Shown one piece after another: positions 8,530-17,670 of a DNA stretch of 64,000 nucleotides. Source of the DNA: Myxococcota bacterium (GTDB lineage: Bacteria; Myxococcota_A; SURF-8); NCBI GenBank assembly GCA_963674735.2, contig CAXXQS010000001.1:1632001-1696000 (forward strand), in the 5' to 3' direction. Below the pieces are notes generated by a model. The model searched no databases, was not told the origin of the DNA, and worked only from the letters and a program-made list of their open reading frames with translations. The position numbers were made by a program, and so were the translations under genes. Position 1 is the first letter of the stretch; every line of letters begins with the position of its first letter.

Positions 8530-10908
8530 TCAGTCCTGATTCTTTTTCAAGGCCGCCATCAAAGCATCGCCCAGACGCCCCGCCGCAATGACGTCCTTTT
8601 TCGGCTGCTGTTCTTTCGGCATCCGATCGCGCGGTTTTCGGTCTTTTCCATCGCGGCGACCGCGAGGGCCGGACTGGTTTCGACCGGGCTTTTTGCTGCG
8701 CCCACCCGAATCGCCGTCGCGGCGCGCCGAACGAGGTGCATCCCCGTCCTTCGCAGCCGGCTTCTCCATCAACTGGCGACGAGACAGACCGATTCGGCGG
8801 CGTTCGAGATCCAACTGAATGACCTTGACGCTCACCTCGTCGCCCTCCGCCAAGACTTTGGTCGGATCATCGACATAGTCATGATCCAGTTCGGAAACGT
8901 GAATCATGCCGTCCTGGCCGATCCCGAGATTGACGAAAACACCATATTGGGTGAAGGTTTTGACCTTCCCTTTGAGAATCATCCCCAGCGAGAGATCATC
9001 GATGGATTCGATTTCGTCCGAGGCATCGGAAGCCACAAACGAAGGACGCCCCTTGCGGTCGGCGCGTTTGAGGTCGGCCAGCAAAGCCGTAATGTCTTTT
9101 TCGCCGAGATTTTCCGTAACCAGGGCAGCGGCATCCAACGCGGCCAAGGCCTGCGCATTCCCCACCGTTTCAACCAGCGTTTTCGGGAGCTGCGCCTCGA
9201 TTTTAGCGAGCACGTCCGCCCGATCCTCGGGATACCCCAACACCGTCGGCAGGTTCCCGCTTTCCAGGCGTAAAAACCCGGACGCCTGCTCGAAAGCGGA
9301 CGCGGAAAGCAAGCCGTTCTCGACAAGCTGGGCGCGTGTGGCAAAGGGACCGTTTTCAGCCCGATAAGCCGCGATTTTTTCAGCCGCGTCAGCGTCCAGG
9401 CCGGGGACGAACGCCAGCAGTTCCACCGGTGCCACGTTGAGATCAAGGCCGTAACGGCTGATGATCGTCTCGAAAGCCTCACGGCGGGCATCGTCCACCC
9501 GAACGGGAGGAATATCCTTGAGAATAAAGCCCATCGTCAAGGCGGTGGATTCGCGGCGCGCCATGGCCAAAAGCGGGTCTTGAAAATGTCGCGCGGTCAG
9601 AACGGCCGCCATTTCCTGGCGCGTTTTTCCTTCCAACTCCGTCTGGACTTTTTCGGTTCCGAGTAAAAGAGAGAGATCGGGGAGATTCACCACCACGATG
9701 GGCAGATGTCCCAGATCGCGACTGCGTAAAATCTTCCGAATGCGCTTTTTCGTGCTTTTGAGCGCTTTGAACGAGGCAATCGCCAAGGCTTCGGGCTTCG
9801 CGCCGTCGAGAACGGGCGCGAGAAATTCCTGCAAGGCTTCCTCGGTTGCGAGTTCCTCGAAAGCACTGCTGCGGCTTTCCAGCAGAGTTCCGGCAGCATC
9901 CACTCCGGCCAGCGCCGCTACGGTGTCGAGCACGGCCAGTGCCGCCACCGGCTTCGCACCGAAAGGCGGTTCCTCGAACACCTGCACCAGCTTGTTTTTC
10001 AGCGCCGTCAACAACTGCGCTTCGGCCCCGATATTCAAACTGAAGCGCAGTTCCCGTTCCACCCAGGGAGCCAGCACGTGTTCGTAAGCTTCACGAATGG
10101 CGTCGAGCAGGCTGCGCTTCCAGATGGATTTGGGATTGCGAATGACTTCATCATCCAGAATCGGGTAAACCTCGTGGGGATCCACATCGATTTTGAGAGT
10201 CAATTCCTTCTCTTGAACGCCCTCCAGAATCAGAAGCAGGCTCGCCACGGAAATCGACTGCAGCGATTCCTTGAAGTGGTAAAAAGGTCGGTACTTCTCG
10301 ATTTTGCCGGTGCTGCGCTTCGACTGCGCCACGACAACGATGCCTTCACGGCGTGTCAGGTCGCGGATTTGAGCGCGAATATCCGGGTTCTGCCCAATGA
10401 TTTCCGCCACCAGCGATTTGGCACCGGCCAGCGCTTCTTCCGGATCTTCGACCGAGCAATCCTTCATGTAGCTTTGTAGAATGTCTTCCACCAACTCGTC
10501 GTCATCGCCCTGCTCGAACATACGCAGGGCCAGAGGCTCCAAACCCAGTTTACGGGCAATGGCTCCGCGGGTCTGACGACTCGATTCGTCCCCTTTTTCG
10601 AGAACCATATTCAAGCTCTGCTGATCGGCGCATTGTTCGATTTTCTTGCGCAACTCGTCCGTCAGTTCGCCGCTCTTTTCGAGTTGCGCGATCATCTCGC
10701 TTTTTCGTTCCACCAGAATTTTCATATCCCAGAGACGATCCCGAACGAGCCGGAGGGTTTCTTCGTCCATCCCCCCAAGCAGTTGGCTCCGGTAACGCGC
10801 CAGATAAGGGATTCGCCACCCCTCATTCAGAAGGTTTTCCACCTTGGCAATCATGCCCGCATCGAGGTTCAGTTCTTCCGCGATGATATCCGTAATCTGC
10901 TGTTCCAT
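8530..10908 (-). CDS. Tex-family RNA-binding transcription accessory protein (divergent) with C-terminal S1 domain
   Basis: IPYLARYR, TRGAIARKLGLEPLA, ALAGAKSLVAE, GLDLNVAPVELL..FEQASGFLR (HhH), S1 domain GVFVNLGIGQDGMIHVSEL. The central YqgF-like segment lacks the usual DPG motif. Confidence 0.85.
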   Translation of the reverse strand: MEQQITDIIAEELNLDAGMIAKVENLLNEGWRIPYLARYRSQLLGGMDEETLRLVRDRLWDMKILVERKSEMIAQLEKSGELTDELRKKIEQCADQQSLNMVLEKGDESSRQTRGAIARKLGLEPLALRMFEQGDDDELVEDILQSYMKDCSVEDPEEALAGAKSLVAEIIGQNPDIRAQIRDLTRREGIVVVAQSKRSTGKIEKYRPFYHFKESLQSISVASLLLILEGVQEKELTLKIDVDPHEVYPILDDEVIRNPKSIWKRSLLDAIREAYEHVLAPWVERELRFSLNIGAEAQLLTALKNKLVQVFEEPPFGAKPVAALAVLDTVAALAGVDAAGTLLESRSSAFEELATEEALQEFLAPVLDGAKPEALAIASFKALKSTKKRIRKILRSRDLGHLPIVVVNLPDLSLLLGTEKVQTELEGKTRQEMAAVLTARHFQDPLLAMARRESTALTMGFILKDIPPVRVDDARREAFETIISRYGLDLNVAPVELLAFVPGLDADAAEKIAAYRAENGPFATRAQLVENGLLSASAFEQASGFLRLESGNLPTVLGYPEDRADVLAKIEAQLPKTLVETVGNAQALAALDAAALVTENLGEKDITALLADLKRADRKGRPSFVASDASDEIESIDDLSLGMILKGKVKTFTQYGVFVNLGIGQDGMIHVSELDHDYVDDPTKVLAEGDEVSVKVIQLDLERRRIGLSRRQLMEKPAAKDGDAPRSARRDGDSGGRSKKPGRNQSGPRGRRDGKDRKPRDRMPKEQQPKKDVIAAGRLGDALMAALKKNQD

Positions 10909-11008
10909 TCAGGCTCCATACTCGCCGAATCGTCAACTAAACTGCTATTCAGGCGTCACGCGACGCTTTGAAATGGGTACACGAAATCGGTCGATAGGTC
11001 AATGTAAT

Positions 11009-11503
11009 TCAGGGTTTTGACGCTTGGCCGTTCGATTCTTTCGCCTCGACCTTGATTGTAAAGGGGACGGGCGAGTCGGATGGTGTGTCGGTATTGAAAC
11101 GTTGACGCGCCACCCGCAGCTTTCCAAGCTTTTGCAGTTGCTGCAAAAAACCTGAATAGTGGGTGCGCGGAACATCGATTTGGGCGGGCCGGTCGGCCGT
11201 CAATCTGTCTCCCGTTACCCCGAATGACGAGGCGGCGGCATTGAAGCGCTCGACCGTTCCGGGGATGTCATCGGTCAAGATGCGGATGGTATAGCGAATT
11301 TCTTCACGAACCATTTTGGCGGGCTTGCGGTCCCCTTGCGCGGCGGCTTCGGTTTGCTGTCGCCGATCTTCCTGAATTCGCTGTTTTTCGGCGGTCTGAT
11401 GAGCCCGATAGTACGGCCCCCCGATCATCGCGACGGCGAACCCGAGTCCGACCAGCATCATCAAACCCTTGATCAACTTCCTCGGCATGCGCTGAAAAGG
11501 CAT
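11009..11503 (-). CDS. Membrane-anchored hypothetical protein (possibly DUF4349-like domain)
   Basis: N-terminal TM and coiled segment, then IRYTIRI...IDVPRTHYSGFLQQLQKLG; co-oriented between lpxB and tex. Confidence 0.55.
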   Translation of the reverse strand: MPFQRMPRKLIKGLMMLVGLGFAVAMIGGPYYRAHQTAEKQRIQEDRRQQTEAAAQGDRKPAKMVREEIRYTIRILTDDIPGTVERFNAAASSFGVTGDRLTADRPAQIDVPRTHYSGFLQQLQKLGKLRVARQRFNTDTPSDSPVPFTIKVEAKESNGQASKP

Positions 11504-11561
11504 TTTCCCTCACTTCGAAACAGGTATCCTGACCGAATCATCACAAGTATCACCGACCTTA

Positions 11562-12695
11562 TCACGGCAGCAGTTCCAGCGCCAAACGCGCGAGTTCGAC
11601 AGCGGGATCACGCGCGGTCAATTCTTCGCGTAACCGCCGCCATTCGCGGCGCATGGCGCGCCGCCGCTCGGCATCATACAACAACCGCCAGCTTTCGCGC
11701 GCCAATCGCTCCGGTTGAAAATGTTTCTGCAGCAACTCCGGCGCGACCCGGCGACCCGCCAGGATGTTGGGCATCGCCACATGGTCGATTCGCACCAGTC
11801 GCCGCGCCAATTCGAAACTGACAGGATGAACCCGGTGCGTCAAGATGAACGACCGGTTGCGAAGCGCCAGTTCCAGGCTGGCGGTCCCGGCGGCGCACCA
11901 GGCAAGATCCGCCGGTTCCTCCGCTTTGGCCAGCCGAATGCGCGAGTCGCGGTCTTCTAAAATACGCCAAACCCGATCGAGCATGTTCGGTGCCGCCACA
12001 ATCGCCGGATCGATCGCCTCGCCCGCCCGCTGCATGAGACGCAGCGCGTCCAGTTGCAACGGCAGATTGGCCTCGATTTCGTGACTGCGGCTTCCCGGAT
12101 ACAGCGCGATCCGCCAGGCTTTTTCAGCCCCATTTCGACGCTCTTCCGGTTCCGGCTCGTCCGCCAATTGCTGCGCCAGCGGATGCCCGATAAATCGCGC
12201 GTTGGCGTCCCGGCTGCGAAACCATTCCTCTTCGAACGGGAAAAGCACCGCCAGCCGGTCGATGACCGCTCGCAGACGTCGCACGCGGCGCGGTCGCCAG
12301 GCCCAGCACTGCGGGGCCCCAAGCATCAAAACCGGCACGGATTGTTTTTTGCACGCGCTCGCCAGACGCAAATTGAAGTCGGGGAAGTCGACCAAAATCG
12401 CCAGATCGGGCGGGTGACTCGCCAGCCGCTTTCGAAGCGCGATTCCTTTTTTCGCAAGGCGCGGAAGCGACGGGAGCAGCTCCACCAGACCGGCCGCCTG
12501 AACCTCGGTCATATCATCCAACTGGCCCCGTCCGGATGCGACCGCGTGACGCATCTGCGCGCCGCCGAGGCCGCTCCACCGTACGTCGCGTCCCAGCGCG
12601 GAAAGCGCACGATCGATCGACTGGATGGCGACCCGCCCGAGGCGGTCGCCCGAGGTTTCTCCGGCCGAGATGAAAATGTGGAAGGCCGTTTTCAT
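11562..12695 (-). CDS. lpxB: Lipid-A-disaccharide synthase
   Basis: ISAGETSGD, VDFPDFNLRLA, PQCWAWRPRR, LFPFE, FIGHPL, LYPGSR..EI, MPNIL, PELLQ. Confidence 0.93.
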   Translation of the reverse strand: MKTAFHIFISAGETSGDRLGRVAIQSIDRALSALGRDVRWSGLGGAQMRHAVASGRGQLDDMTEVQAAGLVELLPSLPRLAKKGIALRKRLASHPPDLAILVDFPDFNLRLASACKKQSVPVLMLGAPQCWAWRPRRVRRLRAVIDRLAVLFPFEEEWFRSRDANARFIGHPLAQQLADEPEPEERRNGAEKAWRIALYPGSRSHEIEANLPLQLDALRLMQRAGEAIDPAIVAAPNMLDRVWRILEDRDSRIRLAKAEEPADLAWCAAGTASLELALRNRSFILTHRVHPVSFELARRLVRIDHVAMPNILAGRRVAPELLQKHFQPERLARESWRLLYDAERRRAMRREWRRLREELTARDPAVELARLALELLP

Positions 12696-12910
12696 GATCG
12701 GACCCTATCCAAGCAAGCCGACGCTGTCAAGCTGCAAGGGCACGGGCGCATCACGAGATGCGGCGATCGATCGTGAAAACCACTCAGCCTGAGTAATTTC
12801 GTGAAACGAAATTTGTTCGAAGGCTCCCTCGATGCACCGTTTTCCAAACACCTACTCGAAATGAGCGGGTTATTTATCATAGTACAGAGGCCATTTCGCC
12901 ATTGCCCGAA

Positions 12911-12937
12911 CGTTGGGCAACGAGTTGCCCATCCTAC
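12911..12937 (-). repeat. GTAG-type REP-like palindrome (single copy seen)
   Basis: Minus strand reads GTAGGATGGGCAAC-TC-GTTGCCCAACG: a GTAG tetranucleotide followed by a GC-rich hairpin, in a long intergenic region. Confidence 0.45.
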
Positions 12938-13187
12938 TCTTCCTGCCTGGTGTTGGAGCGCGTCTCCCGACGGGCTCCCGTGTCGAAACCTCACCCATCC
13001 GCTGCGCGGACCCTCTCCAAGCAATCCATTCAATTATCCTTGTCGTGACAGCTTATTCACCCCATACTTCATCTATTACTTTCATAATTTCCGCCACAAC
13101 CCGGCGAAGCTCGCTTTCGTATAGATCGACGAGACAGTAGCGGAATCGATTTTTTTCTCCCAGCTATCCGACATTATTTGTGTTTGG

Positions 13188-13213
13188 GGAATACACGGTG
13201 CCTGGAGTGTGTT
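13188..13213 (+). promoter_or_regulatory. Putative autoregulatory ECF (SigR/SigH-type) promoter
   Basis: GGAAT (13188-13192), 18 nt spacer, GTT (13211-13213), 40 nt upstream of a SigR-like sigma gene; matches the SigR consensus GGAAT-N18-GTT. Confidence 0.75.
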
Positions 13214-13253
13214 ATATTCACGCAGAAACGGACTCCTTCTGTGAGGTTATCTC

Positions 13254-13895
13254 ATGTTGCAGTTTTTCATGTGGCGAAAAAAAGATAGTTTTTCCAGTGA
13301 GTTCGCTGAACATATCGATTCCCTCTATTCGACCGCCATGCGCCTGACACGTAACCCGGCCGACGCGGAGGATCTGGTTCAGGAAACAGCACTGAAGGCC
13401 TTCCGGGCACGCGAAAACTACCAAACCGGCACCAACCGGCGCGCCTGGCTGTTCAAAATCATGATGAACACCTTCATCAACAAGTACCATCGGGACAAGC
13501 GGGAGCGCCTGCATTTCGACAAGAATTTCGATTTCGGCGATATCGAGGAACGTTTCGTTTGCGACTGGCAACAGTCTCCCTTCGGACGCGACAATCTGAC
13601 CTTTTCCGAGGGGATGTCCGACGAGGTGGCGCAAGCTTTTCAGGCGCTTCCGGATCATTTTCGGAGCGTGGTCGAATTGGTGGATCTTCAGGATTTCAGC
13701 TACGCAGAAGCGGCTGAAATTATTGGACATCCGATTGGAACCGTCATGTCCCGCCTTTCACGGGGACGCAAACTTCTGCAAAATGAGTTGCGAGATTATG
13801 CGCGACGTGAGGGCATTATCGAAAATAGCGAAAACGGCGAAAAAGAATCCGAAAAGCGCCCAAGGGTACGTTCCATCAAAGATGTGGCCCGCTGA
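13254..13895 (+). CDS. ECF sigma-70 factor, SigR/SigH-like
   Basis: AMRLTRNPADAEDLVQETALKAF...GTNRRAWLFKIMMNTFINKY; region 4 FSYAEAAEIIGHPIGTVMSRLSRGR. Confidence 0.93.
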   Translation: MLQFFMWRKKDSFSSEFAEHIDSLYSTAMRLTRNPADAEDLVQETALKAFRARENYQTGTNRRAWLFKIMMNTFINKYHRDKRERLHFDKNFDFGDIEERFVCDWQQSPFGRDNLTFSEGMSDEVAQAFQALPDHFRSVVELVDLQDFSYAEAAEIIGHPIGTVMSRLSRGRKLLQNELRDYARREGIIENSENGEKESEKRPRVRSIKDVAR

Positions 13896-13910
13896 GGCGA
13901 GGAAACGATC

Positions 13911-14672
13911 ATGACCTGTCGTGAAGTCGAAAAATACCTGCAAGCTTATGTCGATGGCGAGTTTAGCGACCAGGAAGAAACGGAAATCGAGCAGCACTTC
14001 AAGTTCTGCCCGGTCTGCCAGAAAAACGTCGCCTTCCAAACCTGGTTCAAGCAAGGGCTCAAACAGTCTCTGCCCGGCTATAAGGCTCCGGTGCGTCTAA
14101 AAGCCGAACTCACCCACCTGATTCGGCGTGAACAACGCAACCAGACCCCGCTTTACGTCAAATTGTCCCCGGCTATCGCGGTGGTTCTGATCCTTCTTGG
14201 GGTGCTGTTTTTCCCGAGAATCGATGTTTCCTCCCCCATCGTCGAGGCTTCCGTCGAAAAGCATATGCGCGATCTTCCTTTCGACGTTCAGTCCGACGAT
14301 TACAAGAAAGTTTCCTCGTTCTTCCAGGAAAAAGCCAAACTCGCCATCCGGATTCCCCGCTTCCGGCGCAGTACGGTTCGCTTGATCGGCGGCCGCGCTT
14401 CGCAGGTTCAAAATCGTCCGGTTGCGTATCTCTCATTCGGCGACAACGGCCGCAAGTACACCCTCGTGGCTGCGCCGGTCAACGGCACGGAATCGACTCC
14501 GCTGCCCAAAGGTGTCTTGACCCGCGTCAATAATCGCGAGCTCATCGTCACCCATCGTAACGGTTTCAGCATCGTCGTCTGGAAAGCCAATCGCATGATG
14601 TACTCGCTCGTGTCCGACGACGACGACAAAGAGCTGGTCAACCTCGCGGCTAATGCCGATTACGACTTGTAA
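13911..14672 (+). CDS. Membrane-anchored zinc-binding anti-sigma factor (ZAS, zf-HC2)
   Basis: MTC...YVDGE...HFKFCPVC (HxxxCxxC), single TM, periplasmic C-terminal domain; directly after the ECF. Confidence 0.9.
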   Translation: MTCREVEKYLQAYVDGEFSDQEETEIEQHFKFCPVCQKNVAFQTWFKQGLKQSLPGYKAPVRLKAELTHLIRREQRNQTPLYVKLSPAIAVVLILLGVLFFPRIDVSSPIVEASVEKHMRDLPFDVQSDDYKKVSSFFQEKAKLAIRIPRFRRSTVRLIGGRASQVQNRPVAYLSFGDNGRKYTLVAAPVNGTESTPLPKGVLTRVNNRELIVTHRNGFSIVVWKANRMMYSLVSDDDDKELVNLAANADYDL

Positions 14673-14759
14673 TATCATTAACTTACGTCTTTGTCCTTCC
14701 ATGCACGCCATAGCCGTCGCTAACACAGCCTTCAAAAAATAAAACTTGGATGTCAAATG

Positions 14760-14788
14760 TTGACTTTGCCGCCTGAAAACGTTATTCT
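14760..14788 (+). promoter_or_regulatory. Putative sigma-70 promoter
   Basis: TTGACT, 17 nt spacer, TATTCT, preceded by an A-rich UP-like tract (AAAAAATAAAA). Confidence 0.55.
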
Positions 14789-15102
14789 TACATTCGTGTA
14801 ACCTGTCGTCTCTCGTCCTGGAAGGATGAGCATTCCGATAGGAAATTCGTGTTTGGGATCTGACAACCGAATTGAATAGAGAGATTCCAATGGAATTTCG
14901 GCAGCACTTTGGCAGTTGCTCCACCTGAATCCACCTCCTTCTCCCAATGATTTCCGTGCTGTTATGACCGATTTTTTCAGATAATCCTGAAAATGACAAT
15001 ATAGTCTCATGAAATTGCCGGTTTGCCCGATTAGTATGTAACAGAAGCTATGAGTCGCAACCTTGTACGGTGCAACCGGACTTACTTTGCAGGAGAGCCG
15101 TC

Positions 15103-15489
15103 ATGAATATGGATCTGAAAGACAACAGAGCCGTCCTCATTGTCGATGATGAGGAACTGGTGAAAAACCTGGGCAAGCGCGTCCTCGAAAAGATCGGCCT
15201 CAAAGTCCACGTGTCCAGTGACAGCCTCAGAGCGACCCAGTTGCTTCGCGAACACAAGGACGAAACCGTGCTAGCCATTCTGGACGTCATCATGCCCGAT
15301 ATGGAAGGCACCGAACTGGGCTACCTTCTGCGCGAGATCAAATCCGATCTGAAGATCCTGTTTTCGTCCGGCTATGGAGCCAACCCCAAGGTGCAGCAAT
15401 TCATTTCCTCGGGGCAGGCCAGCTTCATCGACAAGCCTTACACGCGCGAAGACATGATCGCCAAAGTACAGGAAATGATCGAAAGCTGA
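15103..15489 (+). CDS. Single-domain response regulator receiver
   Basis: AGGAG RBS at 15091; VLIVDDE, ILDVIMP, FSSGY, FIDKPY. Confidence 0.9.
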   Translation: MNMDLKDNRAVLIVDDEELVKNLGKRVLEKIGLKVHVSSDSLRATQLLREHKDETVLAILDVIMPDMEGTELGYLLREIKSDLKILFSSGYGANPKVQQFISSGQASFIDKPYTREDMIAKVQEMIES

Positions 15490-15614
15490 CCGATTCGAGC
15501 CGGCGCGGATAGTCTTCGGGTTAAATTTCCGCATGCAGCTATACTTTTAAGACCTTTTCAGCGATAATCGCCGATAGGTCTTTTTTTTTAACCATTAGGG
15601 AAAGAGTCACATCG

Positions 15615-16211
15615 ATGTGGAGATTGAACCGCCTGTTGCCGGTCCTGCTTGTTTTTCTGCTGGCCACCGTCTGTGAGGCGACCGTCCTCAAACATTTCGA
15701 CCTGCAAGCGTTGACAAGCCATTCGAACCTGATCGTTTCCGGGCTTGTCGTCGAACGCCAGACGATCAAAGACCCGCAAACGGGACGCCTCGTGACTTTC
15801 ACGCAACTCGACGTCGAAACGCGTCTTAAAGGCGAATCGCCCAAGCGCATCACGATCAAGCAGATCGGCGGTGAGCTGAACGGGGTGGCCATGTGGATTC
15901 CCGGCTCACCGCGCTTCGATATCGGAAGCCGGGTCGTCGCGTTTCTCAAAGATCAGGGCGCTCCGGGCAAGCGGACCTACACTTTGCGCGGCATGGGCCA
16001 GGGGCTGTTCAAAATCGCCCTGCGCGACGGCGTGCCGACGGCGTTCCAGCAAACGGGCTCCGTCAGCGTCGTGTCGGTCGATGCGGCCGGTACCGCCAAA
16101 GCGCCGGTGGCCGCTCAACCTCGCGTTCTACCGCTTGCCGAGCTTATCCAACGCGTGACAACCTTGCTTGCCGCGTCCCCCGCCTCGCCTTCGCCGACGG
16201 AGGTGCGCTGA
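15615..16211 (+). CDS. Secreted hypothetical protein, probable OB-fold (TIMP/NTR-like), partner of the downstream matrixin
   Basis: Signal peptide, then ATVLKHFDLQALTSHSNLIVSGLV...KQIGGELNG...PGSPRFDIGSRVVAFL. The stop is 1 nt before the matrixin ATG. The fold is an inference. Confidence 0.6.
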   Translation: MWRLNRLLPVLLVFLLATVCEATVLKHFDLQALTSHSNLIVSGLVVERQTIKDPQTGRLVTFTQLDVETRLKGESPKRITIKQIGGELNGVAMWIPGSPRFDIGSRVVAFLKDQGAPGKRTYTLRGMGQGLFKIALRDGVPTAFQQTGSVSVVSVDAAGTAKAPVAAQPRVLPLAELIQRVTTLLAASPASPSPTEVR

Positions 16212-16212
16212 C

Positions 16213-17670
16213 ATGATTCGTTACATCGCGTTCGTTTTGTTTGCATGGGCGGGCTTGGCGTGGCTATCCCCCTTGCACGCCTACACCACCATCACCACCG
16301 ATCTGGGCGATGAACTGCATTGGAACAGCATGCCCATCAATTGGTATGCCGATAGCGACGGCGCACCCGGCCTCGGTTTCGGGCTGATCGAGCAAACCCT
16401 GCAATCGGCCTTCAACACCTGGGATGCGGTCGAATGCAGCTCGCTTTCATTCGCGTATATGGGCGCAACCAGCAAAACCAGCACGCAGGTCGGCACCACC
16501 GACTACGACAGCCAGAACGTCATGATCTGGATCGACGAAAACGATTGGCCCGGCGAATGGAGCGATGCCTACGCCGTCACCGTCCCGCTTTTCGATACAC
16601 TGAGCGGGCGGATTTTGGACGCCGATATCCTGTTCAACAAGAATTTCGGCTGGTCTGCGGTCGCCGAGGGACAAGCCGACAAGGCGGATGTGCTCAACAT
16701 CGCCGTCCATGAAATCGGGCACCTCATCGGCCTGGATCACACCCCCGGTCTCGACGCCACCATGTATTATGCTTCGCTGTCCGGCGAAACCTACAAACGC
16801 AGCCTGGCCGCCGACGACATCCAGGGCGTCTGTTATCTCTACCCCGAACCGGGCCTCACCGGTTTTCCCTGCGCGTCCGACGGCGATTGCCTCTCGGGAC
16901 GCCGTTGCGTGGAGCACAGCGCTTCGGGCGGCTCGATCTGCGCCGCCGTTTGCCAATGCGCTCCCGACTGTTCGGCCGCCTTCACCTGTCTGGGCGGCTA
17001 CTGTCTGCCGCCGGAAGTGGAAGTCGGGGGGTTGGGGTCGGAATGCACCACGACCATTCCCTGCGACAACGGGTTCATCTGCGTGTCGGGTTTATGCACG
17101 AATTATTGCAGCGACGTTTCCGACTGCCCCGACGGATGGCAATGCCAATCTCTGGTCGGAGGCGGCAAAGCCTGCTACACCAACGATCCCGATCTGCTCG
17201 ACGGCGATGACGACCCCGTGGTGACGCTCACCCGTTTCGATGTCACGCCCCCCGAAGCCGCGCCGCTGGGCATGCGGGTCAGCCTGGCTTGCGAGGCGGA
17301 AAGCGAAGACGACAGCCCGCTGATGTACCAGTTCCTGGTTCGGCCGATCGGGGGAGAATGGGACACCCTGAAGAATTACTCGACCCTCAACAACGTTCAG
17401 TGGGCACCCGAAAACGAAGGCGCGTTCGAACTCAAGGCCGAAGTCAAACGCGTCGATTCGGATGCATGCGCCGAAGCCGAGGAAACGCGTCTGTTCACGG
17501 TCGCCGACATCGAAACCGATGGCGACGCGTCCGCCGCCGATGGCGATACGCCGCCCGATGACGACGATGGCGGCTGCCGACACATACCCTCCAGCCACTG
17601 GGGACTGCTGTTCCTCGGTTTGGCTCTCCTCCGGCGACGCACCCGTCGTCCGCAAGAAAGCAGGATTTGA
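16213..17670 (+). CDS. Matrixin (M10-like) zinc metalloprotease with Cys-rich domain and C-terminal MYXO-CTERM-like anchor
   Basis: Signal peptide; DADILFN, HEIGHLIGLDH zinc motif, Met-turn ATMY, DDIQGVCYLYP; Cys-rich block; DGD-rich linker; GGC..WGLLFLGLALLRRRTRR tail. Confidence 0.88.
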   Translation: MIRYIAFVLFAWAGLAWLSPLHAYTTITTDLGDELHWNSMPINWYADSDGAPGLGFGLIEQTLQSAFNTWDAVECSSLSFAYMGATSKTSTQVGTTDYDSQNVMIWIDENDWPGEWSDAYAVTVPLFDTLSGRILDADILFNKNFGWSAVAEGQADKADVLNIAVHEIGHLIGLDHTPGLDATMYYASLSGETYKRSLAADDIQGVCYLYPEPGLTGFPCASDGDCLSGRRCVEHSASGGSICAAVCQCAPDCSAAFTCLGGYCLPPEVEVGGLGSECTTTIPCDNGFICVSGLCTNYCSDVSDCPDGWQCQSLVGGGKACYTNDPDLLDGDDDPVVTLTRFDVTPPEAAPLGMRVSLACEAESEDDSPLMYQFLVRPIGGEWDTLKNYSTLNNVQWAPENEGAFELKAEVKRVDSDACAEAEETRLFTVADIETDGDASAADGDTPPDDDDGGCRHIPSSHWGLLFLGLALLRRRTRRPQESRI

